The translations under genes were made by a program, and so were the position numbers. A stretch of 64,000 bases of DNA from Thermoanaerobaculia bacterium (GTDB lineage: Bacteria > Acidobacteriota > Thermoanaerobaculia > Multivoradales > JAGPDF01), in contig JAXLQW010000001.1 of NCBI GenBank assembly GCA_046331385.1, positions 196,167 to 260,166 of the forward strand. Reading direction: 5' to 3'. Shown in pieces: positions 41,283-50,805 of this stretch (position 1 is the first letter of the stretch; every line of letters starts with the position of its first letter). A model generated the notes under the pieces. That model was not told where the DNA came from, searched no databases, and saw only the letters and a list, made by a program, of their open reading frames with translations.

Positions 41283-42212
41283 ATGCCGACGACGGTACTT
41301 CTCGGGCCGCAGCGCTTCACTCCCACTCTCGGCGCCGCGGTCGCGGCCGTCGGCGTACGCGGCCGGCTGGCTTCGGTGACCGCCGGCTGGCAGGAGCGCG
41401 AAGCCGAGGACACCGAGCTGCACGAGCATCTGGGCGAGCGCACCGAGAATCTGATGCTCTACGCCCGCAGCGAAGACGCCTTCGAGAAGGACCCGGATCT
41501 GTTCGCCGCGCACCGCGAGCGCCAGGACCGGCTGCGCGAGCTGCAGGAGGTCTATCGACTCCGCCTCGGATTCGCCAAGGAAGAGGCGCGGCAGCTTCTG
41601 GGACGGCAGGGCGACGCCGCGGTGCTCGACCCGGAACGCGAGGCCGCGATTCGCCGGGTGCGCGAGCTCGACGACCACCACCTGGTGCGCCTGTCGGCGG
41701 TGCACCGCGAGTTCGAGGCGGCCTGGGAGCCGACCGCGAGGCCGGCCGTCGCCCATCACCGGCGCGAGATCGAACGCGTGCTGGCGCGGGTCGAGGCGCT
41801 GGCGGTCGCCGGCGGGCACGTGGCGATCCTGCTCAACCGACTGCGGCTCTTCGGCCTGCGCGAGTTGGTGGCCGAGCGCGTCGTCTTCGCCTGGTCGGCC
41901 GGTGCGATGGCGATGACCGAGCGGGTGGTGCTCTTCCACGATTTCCCGCCGCAGGGACAGGGCAACGCCGAGGTGCTCGAGGCGGGTTGGGGCCGCGCGC
42001 CGGGAATCGTGGTGTTGCCGCACGCGCGCCGCCGCCTGGCGCTCGACGATCGCCGCCGGGTGGCGATCCTCGCCCGGCGCTTCGCTCCCGCCGAGGTGGT
42101 GGCGCTCGAGGACGGCGGCCGGACGACCTGGGACGGCGTTCGTTGGCGCGCCGAGCGCGGCGCGCTGACTTTCGCCTCCGATGGCGTGGTGAGCCCGGCG
42201 GAGGAGGTATGA
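41283..42212 (+). CDS. Hypothetical protein with an S51-peptidase-like (PepE/cyanophycinase-type) core
   Basis: …VVFAWSAGAMAMTERVVLFHD… resembles the GxSAG nucleophile plus downstream His of the S51 family. 309 aa. This identification is tentative. Confidence 0.45.
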   Translation: MPTTVLLGPQRFTPTLGAAVAAVGVRGRLASVTAGWQEREAEDTELHEHLGERTENLMLYARSEDAFEKDPDLFAAHRERQDRLRELQEVYRLRLGFAKEEARQLLGRQGDAAVLDPEREAAIRRVRELDDHHLVRLSAVHREFEAAWEPTARPAVAHHRREIERVLARVEALAVAGGHVAILLNRLRLFGLRELVAERVVFAWSAGAMAMTERVVLFHDFPPQGQGNAEVLEAGWGRAPGIVVLPHARRRLALDDRRRVAILARRFAPAEVVALEDGGRTTWDGVRWRAERGALTFASDGVVSPAEEV

Positions 42213-43345
42213 CGACCGCCATCCGCGAGCTCGAGGGGCGCCGGCCGCTCACCCGCGCGCGGGTGGAGCGCTTCCTCGCCGGGCGGACCTTTCCGATCGT
42301 CGAAGGGCGCAACGTGACTTTCGTCTTTCACGGCGCGGCCGACGCGGTCTATCTGCAACACTGGATCTACGGTCTGCCCTCGGCGCAGCCCTTCGCCCGC
42401 CTCGACGGGAGCGACCTCTGGTACCTGGTGCAGGACATCCCGCCGCGCTCGCGCGTCGAGTACAAGCTCGAGGTGCAGCGCGGCGACGCCTCGCAGCTGA
42501 TCCGCGATCCGCTCAATCCCCACCTGGCACACGATCCGTTCGGCGCCAACTCGGTCTGCCAGGGGGAGGGCTACGAGATCCCGAGCTGGTCCTTCCCCGA
42601 CCCGGAAGCCCGGCCCGGGTCGATCGAGGAGATCTCGGTTCCGAGCGCGGTCTTCGGCGACCAACGGCCGGTGACGGTGTACCTGCCGGCGCGCTTCCGC
42701 GCCACCCGGCGCTATCCCCTCCTGGTGGCGCACGACGGGCTCGACTACCTGCGCTTCTCGGCCCTGCAGAACGTGCTCGACAACCTCATCCACCGCATGG
42801 AGGTGGCGCCGATGATCGTGGCGCTCATCCAGTCTTCGGACCGGATGAAGGAGTACGCCGCCGATCCCCGCCACGCCCGGTTCCTGGCCGAAGAGCTCGT
42901 GCCGGCGCTCGAGGCGAGCTATCCCCTCGAGCGCGGCGCCGGGGCGCGCGGGCTGATGGGCGCGAGCTTCGGCGGCGTCGCCTCCTTCGCCGCCGCCGCG
43001 GCCTACCCCGAGCGCTTCGGCCGCCTGCTGCTGCAGTCGGGATCCTTCGCCTTCACCGACATCGGTCCCTCGCGCCGCGGGCCGCTCTTCGACCCGATCG
43101 TCGAGTTCGTCAACTCCTACCGCGACCGGCCGCGGCGGGTCGCGGAGCGCATCTACCTGTGCTGCGGGATGTACGAATCGCTGATCTACGAGAACCGGTC
43201 GCTGGTGCCGCTGCTGCAGACGACCGGGATGGAAGTGCGCTACACCGAGGCGCACGACGGCCACAACTGGGAAGCCTGGCGCGACCGCCTGCGCGAAGGC
43301 CTGTCGTACCTGTTCCCAGGGCCGCTGTGGATGATTTACGAGTAG
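42209..43345 (+). CDS. Esterase-family protein (Fes/IroE-like) with an N-terminal Ig-like domain
   Basis: …LLVAHDGLDY…, …GASFGGVASF… is the GxSxG nucleophile. The C-terminus reads …EAHDGHNW… ATGA overlap with the upstream gene. Confidence 0.7.
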   Translation: MTTAIRELEGRRPLTRARVERFLAGRTFPIVEGRNVTFVFHGAADAVYLQHWIYGLPSAQPFARLDGSDLWYLVQDIPPRSRVEYKLEVQRGDASQLIRDPLNPHLAHDPFGANSVCQGEGYEIPSWSFPDPEARPGSIEEISVPSAVFGDQRPVTVYLPARFRATRRYPLLVAHDGLDYLRFSALQNVLDNLIHRMEVAPMIVALIQSSDRMKEYAADPRHARFLAEELVPALEASYPLERGAGARGLMGASFGGVASFAAAAAYPERFGRLLLQSGSFAFTDIGPSRRGPLFDPIVEFVNSYRDRPRRVAERIYLCCGMYESLIYENRSLVPLLQTTGMEVRYTEAHDGHNWEAWRDRLREGLSYLFPGPLWMIYE

Positions 43346-43396
43346 GTTTGCGCTAGATTGGCCGGCGATTCCACCGCGCGCCCGAAGAGGACCGTC

Positions 43397-44665
43397 ATGG
43401 CCGACGTCGTACGCCGCATCGGATTGTCGCTCGGGGCCGACCTGTGCTGGCCCATCTGCTACGAAGAGATCCTCAAACGCCTGAAGCTCGCCCTGCCGAT
43501 CGGCGGCGACACGGTGCGTTTCGCGGTCGAGCGGGTGACGATCGAGCCCTTCGGCCTGCAGCAGCCCTGCCGCTACGACGTCGTCCTCGACCGCCTGACC
43601 CACTGGTACCACACCAGCCGCGAGTGGGTGAAGAAGGCGGTCGTCATGGACGACCTCTACGTGCTCAACAACCCGTGGTCGATCCAGGCGAACGAGAAGC
43701 ACACCAGCTACTGCGCGATGATGCGCCTCGGCCTGCCGGTGCCCGAGACCTGGATGCTGCCGCCGAAGGAGTACGAGCCGGCGCCGGACCTGCAAGCGAC
43801 GCTCGACCGCTACGCCAAGCTGTTCAAGCTCGCCGACGTCGGGCGGGCGGTCGGCTATCCCGCCTTTCTCAAGCCCTTCGACGGCGGCGCCTGGGTGGGG
43901 GTCTCCAAGGTCGAGAACGCCGACGAGCTCGCCGCCGCCTACGACGCCTCCGGCAAGCGGATCATGCACCTGCAGCGCGCCGTGCTGCCGTTCGACCTCT
44001 TCGTGCGCGGCATCGGCGTCGGCCCGCAGGTGCACGTCATGAAGTACGACCCGTCGGCGCCGCTCCACGACCGCTACAAGGTGGCCTTCGACTTCGTCAC
44101 CGCCACCGAGTGGCAGCACCTGGCGAACCTGACGCTGACCATCAACAGCTTCTTCGGCTGGGACTTCAATTCCTGCGAGTCGCTGCGCAAGGACGGCGTC
44201 TTCTATCCCATCGACTTCGCCAACGCCTGCCCCGACTCCCAGGTCACGTCGCTGCACTTCCACTTCCCCTGGCTGGTGAAGGCCAAGCTCAAGTGGTCGC
44301 TCTTCGTCGCCGCCACGCGGCGCAAGATGCGCAAGAACCTCGACTGGGAGCCCTTCTTCGAGATCGCCGCCGGCGGCGGCTCGTTCGAGGAGCGCCTCAA
44401 GGGCTACGCGCGCCTCGCCCACCAGCGCTTCGAGAGCGATCGCTTCGTCGAATTCTGCGCCACCCACCTGTCGCATCTCGACGAGGTGGCCTTCGACTTC
44501 TTCGGCACCGAGGTGGCCAAGGACGCGGTGCGCAAGAAGGTGACGGCGCTTTTCCCGGCGCACGAGGTCGAGCAATTCACCGAGCATTTCTGGGGGCTGA
44601 TCCAGTTCTGGCGCAAGAGCGAGTCCGACTACCTGCGCGCCCGACCGGGCGAGGCGGTGCCTTGA
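43397..44665 (+). CDS. Hypothetical protein, putative ATP-grasp/RimK-like ligase
   Basis: About 422 aa and non-biased. SD gaagagga upstream of ATG 43397. Features resemble a pre-ATP-grasp plus ATP-grasp fold, but the family is uncertain. Confidence 0.5.
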   Translation: MADVVRRIGLSLGADLCWPICYEEILKRLKLALPIGGDTVRFAVERVTIEPFGLQQPCRYDVVLDRLTHWYHTSREWVKKAVVMDDLYVLNNPWSIQANEKHTSYCAMMRLGLPVPETWMLPPKEYEPAPDLQATLDRYAKLFKLADVGRAVGYPAFLKPFDGGAWVGVSKVENADELAAAYDASGKRIMHLQRAVLPFDLFVRGIGVGPQVHVMKYDPSAPLHDRYKVAFDFVTATEWQHLANLTLTINSFFGWDFNSCESLRKDGVFYPIDFANACPDSQVTSLHFHFPWLVKAKLKWSLFVAATRRKMRKNLDWEPFFEIAAGGGSFEERLKGYARLAHQRFESDRFVEFCATHLSHLDEVAFDFFGTEVAKDAVRKKVTALFPAHEVEQFTEHFWGLIQFWRKSESDYLRARPGEAVP

Positions 44666-45417
44666 TCCCGCGCCGCGCCGGCCGCTGGTTCTCGCCGATC
44701 CTCGAGCGCGAGGTGGGGGTGGTGCGCTGGGGCTCGGGCGGCGCGCCGGTGCTGCTCTTCCCGACCGCCGGCGGCGACGCCGAGGAGTGCGAGCGCTTCC
44801 ACATGGTCGAGGCCCTGGCGCCGCTGCTGGCGAGCGGCAGGATCCGGCTCTACTCCTGCGACAGCGTGGCGGGCAAGGCCTGGCTCTCGGGCGAGGTCGA
44901 CGCGCGCGAGGGCTGCCGCATGCTCAACCGCTTCGACCGCTTCGTGCACGAGGAGCTCGCGCCGGCGATCCTGTCGGAGGGCGCGGAAGCGCGCGACATC
45001 ACCGCCGCCGGCGCGTCGCTCGGCGCCTTCTTCGCCCTCGCGGCGGTCTGCCGTCACCCCGACACTTTCGGCCGCGCCATCTGCCTGTCGGGCAAGTACG
45101 ACCTCGAGGAGTGGCTCGAGGGCGAGATGAACCTCGACTTTTACTACTCCTCGCCGGTCCACTTCCTGCCCCACCTGGAGGACGAGGAGCACCTCGAGCG
45201 CCTGCGCCGGCGGTTCGTGCTGCTGGCGACCGGGCACGGCAAGTGGGAGAACCCGCAGTACGCCTGGCACATCGCGAGCGTCCTCGGCAGCAAGGGAGTT
45301 CCCAACCGGGTCGACCCCTGGGGCCCGGAGTGGGACCACGACTGGCCGGCCTGGCGGGCCATGCTGCCGGTCTACCTGGGCGAGCTCGGCGTGGCGCAGG
45401 AGAGCGCGAGCGAGTGA
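44662..45417 (+). CDS. Esterase-D/Fes-type esterase-family protein
   Basis: …ASLGAFFALAAV… is the GxSxG nucleophile. TTG start candidate overlaps the upstream stop as TTGA. Start is uncertain (a GTG lies ~50 nt downstream). Confidence 0.55.
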   Translation: MIPRRAGRWFSPILEREVGVVRWGSGGAPVLLFPTAGGDAEECERFHMVEALAPLLASGRIRLYSCDSVAGKAWLSGEVDAREGCRMLNRFDRFVHEELAPAILSEGAEARDITAAGASLGAFFALAAVCRHPDTFGRAICLSGKYDLEEWLEGEMNLDFYYSSPVHFLPHLEDEEHLERLRRRFVLLATGHGKWENPQYAWHIASVLGSKGVPNRVDPWGPEWDHDWPAWRAMLPVYLGELGVAQESASE

Positions 45418-45869
45418 GCGGCGCGGCTCCTCCCGAGCCGCTCGCCGGCTGGCCGGTGCGTCTCGCGGTACCGGTCGCCTGGGGGGAGATGGACGCCCTC
45501 GGGCACGTCAACAACGTCGTCTACCTGCGCTGGTTCGAGAGCGCGCGCATGGCCTACTTCGCGCGCCTCGGCTACGCCGACTCGGCCGCGAGCGACGGCC
45601 GCGGACCGATCCTGCACTCGACCACGGCGCGCTTCCGCTCGCCGATCGAGTGGCCGGACGAGGTGATCGTCGCCACCCGGATCTCCGACGTCGGCGAGGA
45701 CCGGTTCACCATGGAGTACCGGGTCTGGAGTCGCGCCCAGGATCGGCTCGCCGCCGAGGGCACCGGTGTCGTGGTGAGCTACGACTACCGCCGGCGGACG
45801 AAAGTCGCGCTGCCGGCGCCGATCCGCGCCGCGATCGCCGATCTCGAAAAGTCCGCCGGCGGCGCCTGA
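45414..45869 (+). CDS. Hotdog-fold acyl-CoA thioesterase (YbgC/4HBT-like)
   Basis: …GEMDALGHVNNVVYLRWFE… is the 4HBT catalytic region. GTGA overlap with the upstream gene. Confidence 0.7.
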   Translation: MSGAAPPEPLAGWPVRLAVPVAWGEMDALGHVNNVVYLRWFESARMAYFARLGYADSAASDGRGPILHSTTARFRSPIEWPDEVIVATRISDVGEDRFTMEYRVWSRAQDRLAAEGTGVVVSYDYRRRTKVALPAPIRAAIADLEKSAGGA

Positions 45870-46586
45870 ATGGGCATCCGGGGCCAGGTGGCGTGGGTCA
45901 CCGGCGCGAGCCGCGGGATCGGGCGCGCGACCGCGTTGGCGCTGGCGCGCGCCGGCGCGCGGGTCGCCTTGAGCAGTCGCGACGCCGCCGCGCTCGCCGC
46001 GGTCGAGGGGAGCGTCACGGCGCTCGGCGGCGAAGCGCTGGTGGCGGTGGCCGACGTCTCGCTTCCGCGGGAGGTGCGCGCCGCGGCGGCGGCGGCCGAG
46101 GCGCGCTTCGGCGGCATCGACATCCTGATCAACAACGCCGGCGTCGGCTGGTTCCGGCCCTTCGTCGACACCGCCGAGGACGAGCTCGTCGCGACCCTCG
46201 ACGTCAATCTCAAGGGCGCGATCCTCTGCGCCCGCGCCGTCCTGCCGGGGATGATCGAGCGCCGCCGCGGGCAGATCGTTCACGTGGCGAGCGACCTCGC
46301 CCGCCGGCCGCTCGCCGGCATGGCGGTCTACGCGGCCGCCAAGCACGGGCTCCTCGGCTTCTCGGCCTCGCTGCTGCGCGAGGTCAAGCAGCACGGGGTG
46401 AAGGTGACCGCGGTCCTGCCGGGGTGGACCGATACCGGCTTCGGCGGCGCGCGCGAGGGTTCGCACGATGACCGCGAGACCCTGACGCCGGAGTTCGTCG
46501 CCGGCGAGATCGTCCGCCTGCTCGAGCTGCCGCTCGACTGGGTGATCGACGAGCTGGCGATCCACCCGCTCGGGCAGACCTTCTGA
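45870..46586 (+). CDS. SDR-family short-chain dehydrogenase/reductase
   Basis: TGASRGIG Rossmann motif, NNAG, and a Y-x3-K motif (YAAAKHG). The start is immediately after the upstream stop. Confidence 0.85.
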   Translation: MGIRGQVAWVTGASRGIGRATALALARAGARVALSSRDAAALAAVEGSVTALGGEALVAVADVSLPREVRAAAAAAEARFGGIDILINNAGVGWFRPFVDTAEDELVATLDVNLKGAILCARAVLPGMIERRRGQIVHVASDLARRPLAGMAVYAAAKHGLLGFSASLLREVKQHGVKVTAVLPGWTDTGFGGAREGSHDDRETLTPEFVAGEIVRLLELPLDWVIDELAIHPLGQTF

Positions 46587-46590
46587 GAAT

Positions 46591-48114
46591 CTAGGGAAGT
46601 CGGCCCGAGAGCTCGGCGAGCCGCCGCAGCCGCCGCGCCGGCGCCTCGGCCAAGTCCTCGCGCTCGAGCCGCCAGCGCCAGTTGCCGCGATCCCGGCCCG
46701 GGGTGTTCATGCGCGCCGCGCTCGGCAGCTCGAGCGCGTCCTGCATCGGCACGATCGCCAGCTCGGCGACCGAGGTGGCGGCGGCGCGCGCCAGATCGCG
46801 CGCCGCGTGCTTGCCGTCGGAGCCGAGATAGTCGCGAAAGCGGCGTTTCGAAGCCGAGTCGAGCTTGGCGTACCAGCCGCGAGCGGTGTCGTTGTCGTGC
46901 GTGCCGGTGTAGATCGCGGTGTCCGGGCGCAGCCGGTGCGGCAGGTGGTCGCTCGCCTCCGGCAGAAAGCCAAACTGCAGCACCTTGGTGCCGGGAATGC
47001 CGAGCTCGGCGCGCAGCCGGTCGACCTCGGGGGTGATCACGCCGAGATCCTCGGCGACCAGCGGCAGCGGCGATCCGTCGCGCCGCAGGGCGGCGAACGG
47101 CGCCGCGCCCGGGCCCTTCACCCAGCGCCCGGCGCGCGCCGTGGGCGCGCCAGCCGGCACCTCCCAGAAGGCCTCGAAGCCGCGGAAGTGATCGAGCCGC
47201 AGGCGCGGCGTGCGCGCCAGGTTGCCGGTCAAGCGGCGCTGCCACCAGGCGAAACCCTCCTGCGCGTGGCGCTCCCAGCGATAGAGCGGATTGCCCCACA
47301 GCTGTCCGTCGGCGCTGAAGTAGTCGGGCGGCACGCCGGCGACGTGCAGCGGCCGGCCCTCGGAGTCGAGATCGAAGAGCTCGGGGCGCGTCCAAACGTC
47401 GGCGGCGTCGCGCGCCAGGTAGAGCGGCAGGTCGCCGAGGATCTCGATCCGCCGCTCGCGCGCCGCGGCGGCGAGCGCCTGCCACTGACGCTCGAGTTGC
47501 CATTGCAGGAAGCTCTCGAAGCGCGTCTCGGCGGCGAGCTCGGCGCGCGCGCGCGCCAACGCGGCCTCCTCGCGGCGCGCGAGCTCCGGCGGCCACTCCC
47601 ACCAGGGGCGCTCGCCGGCGCGGCGCTTGAGGGCGCGGAAGAGCGCCCAGTCGGCGAGCCAGGAGGCGTTCTCGGGCGCGGCGAGGAAGCGCTCGAAGTC
47701 GGCCAGGCGCTCGGCCGGCCGCTCGCGATCGAGGCGCGCGAGCGCCGCGCGCGCGGCGCGCTCGCGCAGCGCGAGCGCCGCCGCGAAGTCGCCGCCCCGG
47801 CCGCGCGCGGGGCGCAGGCCCTGGGCTTCGTCGGCGGCGAGCCAGCCCTCTTCGACCAGGCGGTCGACCGAGAGGAAGAGCGGATGGAGGGCGAAAGCCG
47901 AGGTCGCGGTGTAGGGCGAGCCGCCGTAGCCCGGCGGAGCGAGCGGCAGCACCTGCCAGACGCCCTGGCCGGCCGCCACCAGCCAGTCGAGAAAAGCGAG
48001 CGCGCCGGGGCCGAGGTCGCCGGCGCCGGCGGTGCCGGGCAGCGACGTCACGTGCAGCAGAACGCCCGCGCGGCGCGGACGGGGAGGCGGCGGAGCTGGG
48101 GCGGAGGCTTCCAC
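46591..48114 (-). CDS. malQ: 4-alpha-glucanotransferase (amylomaltase, GH77)
   Basis: …YTGTHDNDT…, …LGDLPLY…, …RLDHFRGF… are GH77 conserved regions. 507 aa. Confidence 0.85.
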   Translation of the reverse strand: MEASAPAPPPPRPRRAGVLLHVTSLPGTAGAGDLGPGALAFLDWLVAAGQGVWQVLPLAPPGYGGSPYTATSAFALHPLFLSVDRLVEEGWLAADEAQGLRPARGRGGDFAAALALRERAARAALARLDRERPAERLADFERFLAAPENASWLADWALFRALKRRAGERPWWEWPPELARREEAALARARAELAAETRFESFLQWQLERQWQALAAAARERRIEILGDLPLYLARDAADVWTRPELFDLDSEGRPLHVAGVPPDYFSADGQLWGNPLYRWERHAQEGFAWWQRRLTGNLARTPRLRLDHFRGFEAFWEVPAGAPTARAGRWVKGPGAAPFAALRRDGSPLPLVAEDLGVITPEVDRLRAELGIPGTKVLQFGFLPEASDHLPHRLRPDTAIYTGTHDNDTARGWYAKLDSASKRRFRDYLGSDGKHAARDLARAAATSVAELAIVPMQDALELPSAARMNTPGRDRGNWRWRLEREDLAEAPARRLRRLAELSGRLP

Positions 48115-48289
48115 GCGATCGACGGCGCGAGGATATCAACCCCGCGCGCGCGCTCCGGCTCGACAATCGCGCCGCGCGACCGGTAACCTCGCTCACGACG
48201 ACCCGGGCCGTCCGCATGGTGGTGGGGCTGACTTGGGCATCAGGGGGAGCGGGGCTTCTGCGGGCCGGGCCTTTGCGCGAGAATGAGCC

Positions 48290-48604
48290 ATGACATTTCC
48301 GGCTCTGGTGCTCGCGCGGCGCCCGGCGCTCGACGGGCTCTGCCGCGACTATGGAGTGAGGCGGCTCTCGCTCTTCGGCTCGGCGGCGGGCGACGGTTTC
48401 GATCCGGCTCGCGGCGATCTCGATTTTCTGGTCGACTTCGAGCCCAAGGCGGGCCTCAACCGATTCCGGCAGTTCATGCGCTTCAAGCTCGCGCTCGAAG
48501 CGCTCTTCGATCGACCGGTCGACCTGATCGTGATCGCCGCCGTCCGCGATGAGGGGTTTCGCGCCGCAGCCGAGGCGCGAGCGATCGACGTCTATGCTGC
48601 CTGA
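48290..48604 (+). CDS. mntA: MntA-type nucleotidyltransferase antitoxin (type VII TA)
   Basis: GS-x9-D-x-D nucleotidyltransferase motif (…LFGSAAGDGFDPARGDLDFLVDF…). 104 aa. Confidence 0.7.
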   Translation: MTFPALVLARRPALDGLCRDYGVRRLSLFGSAAGDGFDPARGDLDFLVDFEPKAGLNRFRQFMRFKLALEALFDRPVDLIVIAAVRDEGFRAAAEARAIDVYAA

Positions 48605-48953
48605 GAGCCGGTCGGCGCTCGAGCGCGTGCTCGAGATGTCGCGACTCCTCGTGGCCCGCACGGTGGGACGCTCCGCAGCGATCTATGCCGCTGACCCGGA
48701 TTTGCAGGCGATCGTGGAGCGGCACTTCATAACCATCGGGGAGGCCCTGGCCCGGGTGGCGCGCAAAGAGCCGGAGCTCTTCGCGCGGATCCCGGAAGCG
48801 CCGGAGGTGGTGGGGTTCCGCAACGTGCTGGTGCATGGCTACGACGCGATCGATCCGGCACTGGTGTGGGACGCTCTCACGGAGGACCTTCACGTCTTGG
48901 CGCGCGGCATCGAGGAGATCCTGCGTGCCGAGGACGCAGAGGGGGAGGAGTGA
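48594..48953 (+). CDS. hepT: HepT-type (DUF86/HEPN) toxin
   Basis: R-x4-H-x-Y HEPN motif (…FRNVLVHGY…). It overlaps the mntA stop by 11 nt. Confidence 0.7.
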   Translation: MLPESRSALERVLEMSRLLVARTVGRSAAIYAADPDLQAIVERHFITIGEALARVARKEPELFARIPEAPEVVGFRNVLVHGYDAIDPALVWDALTEDLHVLARGIEEILRAEDAEGEE

Positions 48954-49062
48954 CGGCTTCCCTAGGACGGGACGGGAGAGTTGGTCGCTCGGCCGTAGCC
49001 GGCTTCGCGGGCGGGTGAAGGGCTCCACCGCCGGGATCGCCGCCGCCGACTACACTCCACGC

Positions 49063-50781
49063 GTGCGTATCCTGCACATCGCCCTCGCCGCCGCCTCGAT
49101 CCCCGCGGCGGCCTTCGCCGGCGGCGGGATCGTCGCCGACATCGCCGGGGACGACTGGTCGCTCCCGGCCTGGGTGCAGCCGACGACGGGTCTCGAGCTC
49201 TTCTCGGAGAGCGCCGACCCGGCGCATCAGGTCAACCTGCGGGTCGTCGACTTCACCTGGCGACAGCTCGAGCCCGCCGAAGGGGTCTTCTCGACCTCGG
49301 CGACCGATTCGGTCTACGGCATGAGCTTCGCTTCCTGGACCTCGCAGCTCGCGGGCAGCGATCCGTTCTGGATGCGGATCTGGCTGAGCGGCACGAACTG
49401 GGCCCCGGCCTGGGCACAGACGGCCTGCGGCGTCGCGACCGTCGGCCTCGGCTACGAGAACGACCCGCACCTGCCGCTGTGGAACGCCTGCCTGTGGCAG
49501 AAAGCGCTCGGCGTCCTGCGCTGGGCGCTCGAGACCCAGGGGCTGCGCTCGAACCCGCGCCTGCAGTTCCTCTACGCCCCCGGGGCCTTCACCTGGTGCG
49601 AGTTCGACTACGACATCCCGACGATCGCCGCCGACGCCGGGGACCTCGAGTTCGCGGACTGGCACGCCTGGTTCGAGGGCGCCATGCAGTCCCTGGTCGA
49701 CATCCTCGACGGCGAGAACGGCGACCCGAGCGACGACTACGCCTGGAAGCTCGTCTACACCGGCGAGGACTATCCCTTCGGCCCCGCGTCCTGGGGGACG
49801 CAAGACGATCTCGAAGCGCGCGACGCGGTCGCGAAAGGGATGGGCATCCGCACCGGCATCACCGAGCTCGCGAACTTCCACCTCAATCACGTGCCGGCCT
49901 ACGGCACGACGATCGCCGCCGACGGCCACATGACGACCGACGAGAGCGCCCCGGCGCTCGACGGGCGGCGCACCGTGGCGACCGAGAACGAGTGCTACAA
50001 CGACTGCGGCTTCTCGACCGCCGATCCCTACTACGCGGTCAAGATGTCGAACCTCAAGGCGCTGCAGCTGCGCATGAACCGGATGTACGTCGTCCCGGGC
50101 CCGAGCTACATGGACGCCTACGCCGCGCACTGGAACTGGGTCCGCCTCGAGCTCGGCAAGACGGTCTACACCGCGCCCGACGCCTGGGTGGCGCTGCGCG
50201 AGGCCGAGGACACCTACTGGATCGACGACACGAGCTACACCTGGACGGGCGCGCCGTGGGTGAAGAACCTCGAGCGCTGGGTGGAGCAGCGCGACGTCGC
50301 GCCGAGCGCGATCTCGCGGCGCGGCACCGACGTGCGCACCGGCGTCCTCGACCCGACGAACGGCACGGCCTACGAGGGGCGGCGCACCGAGCTCGCCCTC
50401 GGCCGCGACGCGCTGGCCCTGTTCGTTGACCCGCGCTTCCTGCCGAGCGGCATGCCGGCGCAGGTCGACGTCGAGGTGACCTACCGCGACGCCGGCACGG
50501 GCTCCTTCGCTCTCCAGTATCCAGGCGCCGCCGGCGCGCAGACGACCGCCGCGCAGCCGTTCGCCGGCAGCGGCGCCTGGCGCACGGTCACTTTCCGCGT
50601 CGACGACGGGCGCTGGAACCGGTCGCTCGCCGGCGGCGCCGACCTGCGGTTGGTCGCGGCGGGTCCGGCGGATCTCGAGGCGCGCTTCGTGCGGCTGATC
50701 AAGCGCGCTCCCCCGGCGGTGATCTTCGCCGACGATCTGGAGAGCGGCGACGCGCGCTTCTGGGCCGCCCGCGTCCCGTAG
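49063..50781 (+). CDS. Secreted hypothetical protein
   Basis: GTG 49063 gives a signal peptide (VRILHIALAAASIPAAAFA). The sequence is acidic, Trp/Tyr-rich and non-biased. No family recognised. Confidence 0.45.
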   Translation: MRILHIALAAASIPAAAFAGGGIVADIAGDDWSLPAWVQPTTGLELFSESADPAHQVNLRVVDFTWRQLEPAEGVFSTSATDSVYGMSFASWTSQLAGSDPFWMRIWLSGTNWAPAWAQTACGVATVGLGYENDPHLPLWNACLWQKALGVLRWALETQGLRSNPRLQFLYAPGAFTWCEFDYDIPTIAADAGDLEFADWHAWFEGAMQSLVDILDGENGDPSDDYAWKLVYTGEDYPFGPASWGTQDDLEARDAVAKGMGIRTGITELANFHLNHVPAYGTTIAADGHMTTDESAPALDGRRTVATENECYNDCGFSTADPYYAVKMSNLKALQLRMNRMYVVPGPSYMDAYAAHWNWVRLELGKTVYTAPDAWVALREAEDTYWIDDTSYTWTGAPWVKNLERWVEQRDVAPSAISRRGTDVRTGVLDPTNGTAYEGRRTELALGRDALALFVDPRFLPSGMPAQVDVEVTYRDAGTGSFALQYPGAAGAQTTAAQPFAGSGAWRTVTFRVDDGRWNRSLAGGADLRLVAAGPADLEARFVRLIKRAPPAVIFADDLESGDARFWAARVP

Positions 50782-50805
50782 TCCGGGCCGCGCCTCGGGC
50801 GGCGC

